In this document: one piece after another, positions 45,001 through 53,184 of the stretch | Layout: each line of letters begins with the position of its first letter | Position numbering within the stretch: the first letter of the stretch is position 1 | IMG/VR virus record: IMGVR_UViG_3300027637_000001 | Coordinates: 1-57,451 of that record | DNA: 57,451 nucleotides | DNA from: a virus | Lineage: Duplodnaviria > Caudoviricetes | Direction: 5' to 3' (one strand) | The notes under the pieces: model-generated | Told to the model about the DNA's origin: nothing | Databases searched by the model: none | What the model saw: only the letters and a program-made list of their open reading frames with translations | Position numbers and translations under genes: made by a program

Positions 45001-45311
45001 ACGTCCAGCACAGCGATCCCGAGCCCCAGCACCTGCTCGACCGCGGCGTCGCCGCCCGCCCGGTACACGGTGGCGAACCAGGGGAGCACCTCGTCGTGGA
45101 CCGCGGCCTGCCACTGCACGCCGATCGACCCGAGGTCGTCGAGGCTGGCCCGCGCCTCGGCCTCGTCAGCGGCGGCGGTCACCGACGCCACCGTGGCGAA
45201 GCGGGCCGCCACACCGACCAGGATCGGCGCCAGAGCGTCCAGGATCACGTCGGTGGCCTCGGCCTCCAGCTCCTCGACCCGGCGGCGGTGAGCGGTCCTC
45301 CAGTCGGTCAC
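42054..45311 (-). CDS. MuF-like / 2H phosphoesterase / capsid maturation protease fusion
   Basis: MuF ARTE..WLATMDGRTRPTH..NCRC; 2H motifs HLTL and HVAL; protease-like ITDEGRIYG..HYDN..GVWMAG..SGDW..LVAALLVPVPGF. Confidence 0.85.
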   Translation of the reverse strand: MTDWRTAHRRRVEELEAEATDVILDALAPILVGVAARFATVASVTAAADEAEARASLDDLGSIGVQWQAAVHDEVLPWFATVYRAGGDAAVEQVLGLGIAVLDVPEELMDARARDYLAGVENRFYPLSDEVWTSARAELVAGFEAGEGIDDLRRRITGVTELSVARAEALARTEVIAASNMGAQARVDLMGDAAPPYRQWLATMDGRTRPTHRHADGQVVERGQPFVVGGASLMVPGDPGGPAAEVMNCRCTVLFTDQAAPLLVAGRQQGGIVDEVEESLAAAGYVPGRFFAGRTVWLGGGVLAAAAVMGPPQVDSTTGEPHTGAMVGLVPAAEDADRLVLLDGEPVEALHLTLGYLGDGDEIPDEAFDAMLEEAEVVAGQLGPITAKVFGAAVWNVTGPEPCLVLNVGDDPDNDSRELLVAHMAATQIGIVGQAAAPGWEPPTNHRPWVAHVALAYNPPAGSLMAVAGASEGPITFDRLRLTRGSTAYDFTMGGSPPEEDNDMDRAELTAAIGEALARGAAAAGGAPITLNLTLNAAIDDDPPPPGPTGHPADPTSADADGPPAQPGEHLRAVMHRQGEATGLRDSGRVFTNMTYRDPPFAYHVQQHSSAHGGTPKVVPVGLVTRIVQTDGADYGFVRLDLENPDAAEHARRAVAGFDRWVSIGGDETAPKVTLVWPAPGEAADPMAVDPVEPDPNAPIEETLIEPEKVILDGVNVAELTAVSTPAQADATLEPTAELVAMFGGQQPELTEEDVAMVASAVDAGRITAEAAAVALLPPPTPVPMAPVGGFLDPAVARRLLVGDLGPELLTPLAPGCGCGGTCGGCDHGRETFTSDVTPAAALVAAASTVAVTDLPPAAWFQEPLDVELTSALAITDEGRIYGLLAPFGTNHRAYAKAGQHRTAPRRNVDYARFMGKWAVTREGHVPAGPITMGCGHASMHRTDHHQAVEHYDNSCSVFGMIAVGESDRLGGVWMAGAVLPGTRPETVARALACTCSGDWQSHPDRAGWQELVAALLVPVPGFAMAHASTTYDGDAMVASSVPVVHVATAAAAEARRRARSIASLAAAVGRTPAARVLDARKRVL

Positions 45312-47335
45312 GACGCCCTCCGGGCCGCAGCCAGGACCGCCTCGGCCGGTGACGGCGGCGCCGACAGGTAGGCCTCCAGCAGATCCCAGTCGTGGACCGT
45401 CTGGGTGCGGATCAGCTCCCGGACGTACCGGTCGAGCGCCGCCGTCAGGGTGGCGGCGTCGAGCCCGAACCGGTGGGCGTAGTCCGGGACCCGGTCCCAC
45501 GCCCCCTCCAGCAGGTCTCCCTTCTCGGGGGCCCACATCGCCGCGACGTTGCAGGCGGTGTGCATGAGCTGCGGGGGCTGGTCGAGGCGGGGGTCGAGGG
45601 TGCGGCGGTTCTTGGTGACGTTGCGGAGCCGGTTGCCGGCGCGCTCCAGGGCCCGGGACACGAACAGGTCGGCCATCGTGACCAGACCGACGTCGGCGGC
45701 GACCGGCACCGCGGCGGGACGCACCGGGGACGGGGCCGGGTCCTCGCTCGGGGCCGGGTCGTCGGGCTCCGACTCGGGGGTGGCGCCCACCTCGGGCTCG
45801 GGCTCCTCCGGCTCCTCCGGGCCGGCGCCGGGCGGCGTGCCGGCGGCCGGGAGCGGCACCTGGTCCTCCTTGAACACGCCCAGCTCGATCAGCGCCGCAC
45901 GCTGGAGCGTGGCGTCACCGCCGGGCTCGGCCACCTTGAGCAGCAGCCGGCGGCGCACCTCGCCGTTGTCCGGGGGCTGGACGTCCGACAAGCCGGTCTC
46001 GGCCCGCAGCGCCTCGCCGCCCGCCTCGTACCGGTCGTAGGCGGCGGTGACGTCGTCCGACTTGTCCGGTTTCGTGGTGAACGCGTCGAGGGTGTACCAG
46101 GCGATCAGGTGGTCGCCGGTGGCGCCGTCGCGGAGATCCTCCGCCTGGAGGGCCTGGGCCAGCATCCCCGGGTCCCCGAACGGCAGGTCGAGCATGTCGC
46201 CCCGCTGCTGCGCCACCGTCGCCAGACCGGGCAGCAGGTAGCCGCGGGTGATCCCGTCGCACACCAGGTCGAGGTTCGGGCGGACGTGGATCTTCACGCC
46301 CTCCTCGGCCGTCATGGCCTTGCCCCAGTGGTTCTCCTGTTCGCCGGTGAGCGCCGGGGCGGGCATGTCCATGGCGGTGGCCAGGCGGCCCAGCAGCTCC
46401 TCGCGCAGCTTGATGGAGTGCTCGTCGAACGGCGTCGAGAACTTGATGTGCTGCAGGTACTTGAGGAACTCGCCCTTGCCCTTGAACACGAACGGCACGT
46501 ACGCCGCCGCCGACGACCGGTCGTGGATCGGCTTGGTGACGTTGGCCATGAACTCGGCCAGGAACGCGGTGAACCCGTCGGTGCCGGGCGGGGCGTCCGG
46601 CGGGACCGGAAAGTCGATCTCTTGGGGGATGGCGAACACACCGGCGCCGGCCAGCCTCGACACGGCCGTCGCCTGGATCGCCTGCGTGAGGGTGAACAGC
46701 TCCGACAGGATCCCGAGCGCGCCCCGCACTGGGGAGTCCGGGCGCCAGTGGTGCCGGGGGTCGGGCCGGTGGACCTTGACTACGATCCCGTCCTCCAGCG
46801 GCATGAACTCGTTCGCGCCGTCGCCGGTCTGGACCTCGTAGACCGGGCGGCCGTCACGGTCCGATGTCCGGGACCCCAGCCGGATCTCGCCGGCCGAGCG
46901 CACCTGCCACGTGAACCCGCCGCCGTTGCGCGGGTTGAACCCGCACATGTACCCGACGCCGGGGGTGAGGAGGTACGTGCCCCACGAGCGCAGGAGCGCC
47001 GCCTGGCCGCCCACGCCCCCGGCTAGCTCGGCCATCAGTTCTTGGGCCGGGTGGTTGTCGGGGAGGATCTCGGGCTCGGCGCCGGGGGAGCGGCGGCGGG
47101 CGGCGACCAGGCGGGCCTGGCCCATGGAGTTGCCCAGCCACGTCTCGGCGTGGCGTAGCTCGCCGGTGTTGTCCCGCATGAACCAGGCGTCGGGGTGCCA
47201 GGCCTCGGGGGCGGGGGCGTCGGCGCGGGTGGGTGCGAGGATCTTCGCGGCGGCGGTCATGGTGCTGGCAGGGTTGAGGGCGGTGCCGGCGCGGCGGGCC
47301 CGGCGGGAGGGCTTGCGGAGCAGGTCCCGGGGCAC
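45308..47335 (-). CDS. Portal protein
   Basis: AW..GELR..W..ARL, RPDPR..DSPVR, SRLAGAGV..IPQE, RLA..D.P..LTG..NHW. Confidence 0.88.
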   Translation of the reverse strand: MPRDLLRKPSRRARRAGTALNPASTMTAAAKILAPTRADAPAPEAWHPDAWFMRDNTGELRHAETWLGNSMGQARLVAARRRSPGAEPEILPDNHPAQELMAELAGGVGGQAALLRSWGTYLLTPGVGYMCGFNPRNGGGFTWQVRSAGEIRLGSRTSDRDGRPVYEVQTGDGANEFMPLEDGIVVKVHRPDPRHHWRPDSPVRGALGILSELFTLTQAIQATAVSRLAGAGVFAIPQEIDFPVPPDAPPGTDGFTAFLAEFMANVTKPIHDRSSAAAYVPFVFKGKGEFLKYLQHIKFSTPFDEHSIKLREELLGRLATAMDMPAPALTGEQENHWGKAMTAEEGVKIHVRPNLDLVCDGITRGYLLPGLATVAQQRGDMLDLPFGDPGMLAQALQAEDLRDGATGDHLIAWYTLDAFTTKPDKSDDVTAAYDRYEAGGEALRAETGLSDVQPPDNGEVRRRLLLKVAEPGGDATLQRAALIELGVFKEDQVPLPAAGTPPGAGPEEPEEPEPEVGATPESEPDDPAPSEDPAPSPVRPAAVPVAADVGLVTMADLFVSRALERAGNRLRNVTKNRRTLDPRLDQPPQLMHTACNVAAMWAPEKGDLLEGAWDRVPDYAHRFGLDAATLTAALDRYVRELIRTQTVHDWDLLEAYLSAPPSPAEAVLAAARRAS

Positions 47336-47339
47336 CCGC

Positions 47340-47636
47340 TCAGACCTCCTCGTCGGCGTCGGGCTCCAGGATCACGAGCCACGCCGCCACGTACGCCACA
47401 GCGGGCCACACGAGCCCGGGGACCGGTAGCCCGACCACCTGGTCGACCACCACCGTGAACCCGAGGGCGACCCAGGCGCCGACGCACCAGGGACAGAGCG
47501 TGAGGTACTCCCAGGCGTCCCCTCGGGCGGCGACCCACGATCGGGCCCGGACCATGAGCGGGAGACCGTCGGCCACCAGCAGCCGCGTCACCCGAGCCAC
47601 CGCGAGGGTGAGCAGCACCAGCGTCAGGACGTCCAC
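47340..47636 (-). CDS. DUF1360-like membrane protein
   Basis: LAVARVTRLLVAD..L.LCPWCVGAWV; leaderless TACGCT-7 nt-GTG. Confidence 0.8.
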   Translation of the reverse strand: MDVLTLVLLTLAVARVTRLLVADGLPLMVRARSWVAARGDAWEYLTLCPWCVGAWVALGFTVVVDQVVGLPVPGLVWPAVAYVAAWLVILEPDADEEV

Positions 47637-47683
47637 GGCGGCGAGCGTACAGCGCGACCCCGTCACGGTGGGTGTACGCGGAT

Positions 47684-47715
47684 CGGCCCCCGCCTGGATG
47701 GGAGGACAGGGGCCG
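47684..47715 (-). terminator. CGGCCCC-type hairpin followed by CCGCGT
   Basis: Same family as the 15.3-15.5 kb hairpins. Confidence 0.55.
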
Positions 47716-47744
47716 TGGTCCGGGTTGGTGCTGTCGACCCTAGC

Positions 47745-48164
47745 TCAGAAGGGGAACACCTTGTCCCGCATCCAGTACGCCACCAGCGGCGGGAACTGGG
47801 CGATCAGCTTCTCCGGGTCCGGCACCATCACGCCCGGGCCCTCGTAGGTCGTCAGCCGGGGCACCTCGACGCCCTCGCCCAGGGTCTCGTCGACGACCTC
47901 GACCCGCCACGCCGACCAGCACGTCGGCTCGCCGATCGTGCGGGCGTGCTGCCACACCACGACCTCGACGCCCTCGTGGACCAGGTAGTAGCCCTCCGAC
48001 CCGTTCCCGAACCGGACCCACCGGACCTCCAGCGGCTGGGGGCGGGCGTGGCCGTCGGCGCACTCCCGGGCCCCGTCGAGGCTGTGCCGGAAGCGCCAGC
48101 CGACCAGCTCGATCGGTTCGCCGCAGCCGTCACAGCGCATCGTGTGGATGTCGACCTCGGCCAC
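47745..48164 (-). CDS. Hypothetical protein with N-terminal Zn motif
   Basis: CDGC..H..C; high GC3. Confidence 0.65.
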   Translation of the reverse strand: MAEVDIHTMRCDGCGEPIELVGWRFRHSLDGARECADGHARPQPLEVRWVRFGNGSEGYYLVHEGVEVVVWQHARTIGEPTCWSAWRVEVVDETLGEGVEVPRLTTYEGPGVMVPDPEKLIAQFPPLVAYWMRDKVFPF

Positions 48165-48165
48165 G

Positions 48166-48669
48166 TCAGCCCCCGGCCAGCGCCGAGCGGCCGGTGGCCA
48201 CCAGGCGGGCCAGCTCGACGGCCTGGGGTGCCGTCAGGACGACGCGGACCATCGCTGCGCCCGAGGTCGACACCGAGGGGGTGATCCGGTGGACCTCGAT
48301 CCCGGCCTGGGACAGGGCGGCGTCGACCTCGTCGGCGCCCTCGGTGGCCGCCCGGTCGGCGATGTACCAGCGCTCGTAGTCGTCCTGGCGGCCCTCGAAC
48401 GAGGTCAGCTCCGACGCCAGGTAGACCTCGCCGGTCAACGACCGCTGCTCGGGGTGGAACGCCCCGGGGACCTCGACCATCGCGCCGGACGGGATGGGCT
48501 CGGAGGTCCCGTAGTCCAGCTCGGTGACGAGCACCTGGCGGACCGCTCGGGTCTCGCCCGGGCGGGTCCGGCGGACGATCTCGTCGACCCGGAGGCGGCG
48601 GGGCCGGATCTCCAGGGCCTGGTGGAACAGGGTGACCTCGTCACCGGTGTGTACGTCGTTGATCAGCAT
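48166..48669 (-). CDS. Hypothetical protein
   Basis: GAGGAG RBS, high GC3. Confidence 0.7.
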   Translation of the reverse strand: MLINDVHTGDEVTLFHQALEIRPRRLRVDEIVRRTRPGETRAVRQVLVTELDYGTSEPIPSGAMVEVPGAFHPEQRSLTGEVYLASELTSFEGRQDDYERWYIADRAATEGADEVDAALSQAGIEVHRITPSVSTSGAAMVRVVLTAPQAVELARLVATGRSALAGG

Positions 48670-48670
48670 G

Positions 48671-48955
48671 TCAGTGCTCCTCGGGGAGGTGGGCGGTGAG
48701 GTAGTCGACCTCGGCGGCGTCGCGCACGAGGTCGGCCAGGTGGAGGTTCGCCATGCCGTCGGTGACGTCGGCGACGATGTCGGAGGCGGCGGACGAGTAG
48801 CCGCCCGCCGCTCGGGTGACGGAGACGGGCCGGGGGGAGGCGTGACGCTCGACCTCCAGGGCGATGGCCCGGAGACGGGCGGCGACCCGGACGGCGGAGC
48901 GCTGGTAGCGGGCCGTCACGGTCGCGAGGGCCTCGGGGCTGGTGGGGTTGGGCAT
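48671..48955 (-). CDS. Hypothetical helical protein
   Basis: AAGGAG RBS. Confidence 0.7.
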   Translation of the reverse strand: MPNPTSPEALATVTARYQRSAVRVAARLRAIALEVERHASPRPVSVTRAAGGYSSAASDIVADVTDGMANLHLADLVRDAAEVDYLTAHLPEEH

Positions 48956-49033
48956 CGGGGGCTCCTTGCTCGGGTGAGGGGGGGCGGTCGACGGGGGTCG
49001 GACCCGGGCGGCCAGGCCCGACCCCCTGGCGGG

Positions 49034-49258
49034 TCACGCCGCCGCGTGGCGGAGACGACGGGCCCGCTGGACCCAGGCGGTCGCCACCGGGGTGGCGTTC
49101 TGAGCGGCCCGGAGGCGACCGGCGGCCTGGAGGCGCCGGACCCGGGCGCACGCCTCGTCGGCGTAGCGCTCGGCCTCGGAGAGGGTGACCACCAGGGCAT
49201 GGCGGCCCTCGGTGATCGTCAGGGTGGGGTTCTGGGCGGTGCCGGTGAGCGTCTCCAT
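49034..49258 (-). CDS. Leaderless hypothetical protein (METLTGT...)
   Basis: ATG 6 nt after TACGGT. Confidence 0.7.
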   Translation of the reverse strand: METLTGTAQNPTLTITEGRHALVVTLSEAERYADEACARVRRLQAAGRLRAAQNATPVATAWVQRARRLRHAAA

Positions 49259-49264
49259 GCCCAC

Positions 49265-49303
49265 ACCGTACCGCGGTAACACCCGTAGGTCAAGCGCGGT
49301 AAC
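49265..49303 (-). promoter_or_regulatory. Motif-containing leaderless promoter
   Basis: GTTACCGCGC-TTGACC-17 nt ending GTTACCGCGG-TACGGT. Confidence 0.9.
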
Positions 49304-49305
49304 GC

Positions 49306-49602
49306 TCACCGATCTGGGTCGGCGAGGTACTGGACGACCGCGCGGCCCAGCTGCGTGCACTCGTCCAGCGACAACGACGCCGAGTCCGGGTGATGACGGA
49401 TCACCGAGGCGACGTCGCCGGCCGACGGGAGCGGGTCGGGCCGCTCGACGACCAGGGGCAGGACGTGGGCGGCGAGGTCGTCGGCCTCGCCGACGGTGAG
49501 GTGGACGGGCCCGCGGCGCAGCATCACGGCGACGTCGTGGGGGGTCCAGGCCGCCGCGCCCGGGCGGGTCGGGCCGCCCGGGCGCTGGTAGACGGAGGGC
49601 AC
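49306..49602 (-). CDS. Hypothetical protein
   Basis: TAGTG coupling; two similar halves (DVA..R..L..E...L). Confidence 0.6.
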   Translation of the reverse strand: MPSVYQRPGGPTRPGAAAWTPHDVAVMLRRGPVHLTVGEADDLAAHVLPLVVERPDPLPSAGDVASVIRHHPDSASLSLDECTQLGRAVVQYLADPDR

Positions 49603-49880
49603 TAGTCCCAGCCCTCCGTCGGGGAGGCGCCGTAGTTGATGGCGGCCAGCCACTCCCGGACCGACGAGCCGGGGAGGTGATCCACGGGCTCGTCGACCTC
49701 GGCCAGGAGCCAGGTGGCGGCCTCGTGCGGGGTCATGGTCTCGGCCACGAAGTCGATGTCGTCCTCGTCGAAGTCCGAGAGGATCGCGCCGTAACCCAGC
49801 TCCTGGGAGAGGGCCATCTCCAGCTCGGTCAGGAACTCGGCCGGGGCCGGGGGCGGGGTGGTGGTGTCGGTGATCTCCAT
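49602..49880 (-). CDS. Leaderless acidic protein (MEITDTTT...)
   Basis: ATG 7 nt after TAACGT; strongly acidic. Confidence 0.75.
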   Translation of the reverse strand: MEITDTTTPPPAPAEFLTELEMALSQELGYGAILSDFDEDDIDFVAETMTPHEAATWLLAEVDEPVDHLPGSSVREWLAAINYGASPTEGWD

Positions 49881-49887
49881 GCCCCAG

Positions 49888-49927
49888 ACGTTACCACGGT
49901 TACGGGTCAGGGCGCAACCGTGGTAAC
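49888..49927 (-). promoter_or_regulatory. Motif-containing leaderless promoter
   Basis: GTTACCACGG-TTGCGC-18 nt ending GTAACCGTGG-TAACGT. Confidence 0.8.
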
Positions 49928-49943
49928 GCAGGGCTCCGACAGG

Positions 49944-50120
49944 TCAGCTGTCCCGGCCGCTGTCGTCCTGGAGGTCACCCGAGGTCGTCGGGTACCCGGC
50001 GTTCCGGGCCGCGTTCTCCATCGACTCCCGGGTCGTCTCGTCGACCTGATCCTGGTCGCTCGACGTCGACCGGGTGCTGCGGGTCTGGTCCTGCTTGGTG
50101 CTCTCGTCGCGCTTGGCCAT
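49944..50120 (-). CDS. Small hydrophilic (hydrophilin-like) protein
   Basis: Rich in S/T/D/R/Q, high GC3. Confidence 0.55.
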   Translation of the reverse strand: MAKRDESTKQDQTRSTRSTSSDQDQVDETTRESMENAARNAGYPTTSGDLQDDSGRDS

Positions 50121-50248
50121 GGTCAAGAGGTTCCCGCTGTCGGGGCCGTCAATCCCGGTCCGGCAGTGTTGGCAGCCCGTGAGGGCCAGTGCGGTACTCC
50201 CCGCACCGGGCCGAGTCGGGCCCCGACAGCGCGATCTGCACAGCCCAG

Positions 50249-50581
50249 TCAGTCTCCGCCCGGCGGGCCAGCCGCACCCGACAGGGCAGGTTGCCCAGCG
50301 GCCAGGGCCGCAGCGGCCGCCAGGCTGAGCGGAACGACAGTCGGGCGGAGCGTGCCGGCGGTGCCGGCGTCCCAGGCGACCAGGCCCAGCTCAGTGCGGA
50401 GACGCTGGAGCTGGTAGTGGGTCGTGCCCCACGAGGAGGCGTGACCGCGCCGGGCGGCGACCGCCCGGACCGTGGCCCGGCCCTCGTCGAGGTACACCCC
50501 GAGCAGGGCCAGCATCGTGGCCGTGCGGGCTGGGGACACGTAGTCCGGGTGACGGGCCAGCGCCGGGTGGTCAGCCACCAT
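50249..50581 (-). CDS. LexA-DNA-binding-domain-like winged helix protein (no peptidase domain)
   Basis: ATVRAVA..G..S..TTHYQLQRL..GLVAW..GTAGTLR. Confidence 0.6.
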   Translation of the reverse strand: MVADHPALARHPDYVSPARTATMLALLGVYLDEGRATVRAVAARRGHASSWGTTHYQLQRLRTELGLVAWDAGTAGTLRPTVVPLSLAAAAALAAGQPALSGAAGPPGGD

Positions 50582-50918
50582 GGAGGGCCGCCCATCCCGC
50601 CTGGCGGTCCAGGACCCCGAACTTCTCGGCGCGGTGGCGCTTCCCTCGGCCGCCGTCGTCGTGGTCCGCGGCGAACGCCAGGGCGCCGTGGGCGGAGATC
50701 GTGCCCAAGTGCGACCAGCCCTCCGGGTGCGGGCCCGGGTCGCCGGCCTCGATCTCGACGCCGGGCTGGTCGCCGGGGCCCTGGCGGACCAGGATCACGA
50801 GGAACGGGCCCCACCACTGGTAGCCGGCTGTCACCGTCCACTCGTGGTCGGGATCGTGGGCGGCCAGGTGCTCCTGGGCAGCGACCACGATGACCTCGGA
50901 CGCGGCGGCGGTGCTCAC
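50571..50918 (-). CDS. Hypothetical protein
   Basis: GTGA coupling. Confidence 0.6.
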   Translation of the reverse strand: MSTAAASEVIVVAAQEHLAAHDPDHEWTVTAGYQWWGPFLVILVRQGPGDQPGVEIEAGDPGPHPEGWSHLGTISAHGALAFAADHDDGGRGKRHRAEKFGVLDRQAGWAALHGG

Positions 50919-51169
50919 ACTCGCCACCGGTGCCGGGGCTCGACCGGCACGGGGACGATGACCGGCGGCGGGCACGGCGGGTTCACGTTGACGTTGATCA
51001 CCGGGCCCGGCCGGGCCGGCCAGTAGCCCAGGGCCTTGCACAGCCGGTCAACCAGCTGACGGCCGTCGGCCCGGTCCACGGTGAGGGCCAGGGCCGTGAC
51101 GTCACCGGCGGCGGACTCGGCCAGGACAGTCAGCCCGTCGAGGGACACGTCGATGTCGGCCTCAGCCAT
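50915..51169 (-). CDS. Hypothetical protein, Pro-rich tail
   Basis: Overlaps the upstream stop; high GC3. Confidence 0.6.
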   Translation of the reverse strand: MAEADIDVSLDGLTVLAESAAGDVTALALTVDRADGRQLVDRLCKALGYWPARPGPVINVNVNPPCPPPVIVPVPVEPRHRWRV

Positions 51170-51440
51170 GGCGCGGATGGGGCGGGACGTCGTCGCCGAG
51201 CAGCTCCGCCCGGATGCGCCTGGCGTCACGAGCCAGGAGGTCGGACAGGTAGGCCCGGACGTTGTCGTCGAAGCCGAGGGCCTCGGCCACAGCGTCCTCG
51301 CCGATCGCCTCGGCCAGCTGGGTGAACAGCTCCCGGGCCTGCCCGAACGACATGTCGACGATCACCTCGGCCGGGCCCGGCAGCGCCTCGCCGTTGACGT
51401 CAGCGGCGCCGACCTGGAGCGTCAAGGTCAGGTCAGCCAC
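51162..51440 (-). CDS. Hypothetical protein
   Basis: GAGGAG RBS. Confidence 0.65.
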   Translation of the reverse strand: MADLTLTLQVGAADVNGEALPGPAEVIVDMSFGQARELFTQLAEAIGEDAVAEALGFDDNVRAYLSDLLARDARRIRAELLGDDVPPHPRHG

Positions 51441-51489
51441 CGGGCTCCTCCTCTGGCTCGTCGACCACTCGGATCCCGAGGACCACGGC

Positions 51490-51693
51490 TCATGGCGCTG
51501 GCCGGTCGTTGAGGGCGGCCTGGATGCGGCGGATCGACTCTGACGGATCCCGGTCGGCGGCCAGGTCGTCGAGCAGCGAACGAGACGCCGCCCGCAGCTG
51601 ACGGTGCCGTTCGGCGTTGCGCAGGCCGACGGCGTAGGCGGCCAGCACCCCAGTGGTCGCAGCGCTGCAAACGAGCTGGAGGATCTCGATCAC
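51490..51693 (-). CDS. Small membrane protein
   Basis: N-terminal hydrophobic helix; GTGA coupling. Confidence 0.55.
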   Translation of the reverse strand: MIEILQLVCSAATTGVLAAYAVGLRNAERHRQLRAASRSLLDDLAADRDPSESIRRIQAALNDRPAP

Positions 51694-52472
51694 TCCGGCC
51701 ACCCCCTCCGGGCGGCACGAGCGGCCCTGTACTGCGCCACACGGGCCTCCACAGCGTCCCGGGCCTTACCCAGCGCCGCCAGGCCCACAGCCGTCCCCAG
51801 GACGACACCAGCGACCAACACGGGGACGTCCGGGGCCGTGTCACGGAACCGCGGCGCCGGGATCGACCGAGGGGCGTCGTAGTCGCCGTAGCTGCGCAGC
51901 GCGCCGGTGTCGACCGGGGTCAGGCGGCGGTGGGCCCGGCGGGCGACCTCCGTTGCGCGGCGGGCCAGGGCCTCGTCGAGCGCCTCGTCCCGGGCGGCCC
52001 GCACCCGGTCGGCGGCCGTGACGAACCGGCCGGAAGCGTCCCGGGTCTCGTCGAGGCTGACGTGGCGGATGGTCCAGCCCGCCTCGGCGGCGGTGTGGAA
52101 GTGCCGGATGCACACGCTGTAGCGCAGCACCGCCGACCCGTCGCCCACCTGCTGCTGGGCCTCGTGGCCCGAGCCGGGCTGGTGGCACGAGACGTAGTCG
52201 CGGCCGGGGAGCCCGGACGGGACGCCGCCGTTCACAGGCCAGGCGCAGTCCGGGGCCACGTCGGGGGCGTCCTCGGGGAACCGGGGATCACAGTCGCAGT
52301 CGCGGCGGCCGCCGGCCGGGCCGCCGTTGGCGTAGCCCGCGGCCACCGCCTCGGCCAGGTGCTCGTCGCACACCGCCACCCGGCGGCCGTCGACCACGGT
52401 CCAGGCGGTGGCGTCCGCCACGCAGAACGGCGCCTCGCGGCGCCAGTGGCACACTCCGATGAACTCAGGCAC
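51690..52472 (-). CDS. Mosaic Cys-rich protein with C-terminal TM segment
   Basis: Two C..C..VC..H units; TM VLVAGVVLGTAVGLAAL. Confidence 0.6.
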   Translation of the reverse strand: MPEFIGVCHWRREAPFCVADATAWTVVDGRRVAVCDEHLAEAVAAGYANGGPAGGRRDCDCDPRFPEDAPDVAPDCAWPVNGGVPSGLPGRDYVSCHQPGSGHEAQQQVGDGSAVLRYSVCIRHFHTAAEAGWTIRHVSLDETRDASGRFVTAADRVRAARDEALDEALARRATEVARRAHRRLTPVDTGALRSYGDYDAPRSIPAPRFRDTAPDVPVLVAGVVLGTAVGLAALGKARDAVEARVAQYRAARAARRGWPE

Positions 52473-53184
52473 CGGTCGTGCCCTCGGTCAGGAGCCGCCA
52501 CACCGCCGTGGCGACGAACACGTCCATCGTCGTCGAGGAGTCGCCCGTGCGCTGGGCCGGGGGCGACATGGCGTAGACGACGGTCTCGACCACCTCGGCG
52601 AACGACACCGGCCGGGTCTGGACGTCGTCCATCGTCGAGTAGTCGCCCGGCACGATCAGATCCACGCTGTCGCCGGGCACGGGCAGGCGGCGGCGCATCT
52701 GCACCCACCGGGACTCGTCACCCGACACCGCCGGGCCGTTCTTCCACGACTGGGTCGCGGTGTAGCGGAACTCGTAGGTGGAGGGGAGATCCTCCAGCCG
52801 GGCCAGCCACGTGGGCTGGCCTTCGACCTCGGGGCCCGGGAACAGCGGGCCGTCCGGCAGCAGGGCCCGGTCGACCAGCTTTGCCGGGAACATCGGCGCC
52901 CCGTCGAGGTGCCGGAGCGTCTCGACGTCGTGCACCGCGGCGTTCGCCATCAGGCCGCAGTCGTAGACCCGGGCGGGCTCGGTCACCACGACCCCGCACG
53001 CCTCGCCGCGCGACGAGCCCGGAACGAACCCGTGGATCCGGTCGAACGGGATCGCGTGGGCCAGGTGGAGGCGGGGCCGGCCGCAGGCCCACCGGACAGC
53101 CGGGTTCTCGCTGTCCTCGTGACCTGGGGGTAGGACCGTGTAGCAGGTGTCCGCGCTTGCGCCGGGGGTGAACGGGTGGGTCAT
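52465..53184 (-). CDS. Hypothetical protein with tandem H.F.PG..C..CG..H motifs
   Basis: AAGGAG RBS; two N-terminal repeats. Confidence 0.7.
   Translation of the reverse strand: MTHPFTPGASADTCYTVLPPGHEDSENPAVRWACGRPRLHLAHAIPFDRIHGFVPGSSRGEACGVVVTEPARVYDCGLMANAAVHDVETLRHLDGAPMFPAKLVDRALLPDGPLFPGPEVEGQPTWLARLEDLPSTYEFRYTATQSWKNGPAVSGDESRWVQMRRRLPVPGDSVDLIVPGDYSTMDDVQTRPVSFAEVVETVVYAMSPPAQRTGDSSTTMDVFVATAVWRLLTEGTTGA

Noticed and set aside
50150-50215. CAACACUGCC resembling a twister ribozyme segment
   Set aside because: The other twister elements and pseudoknots could not be found
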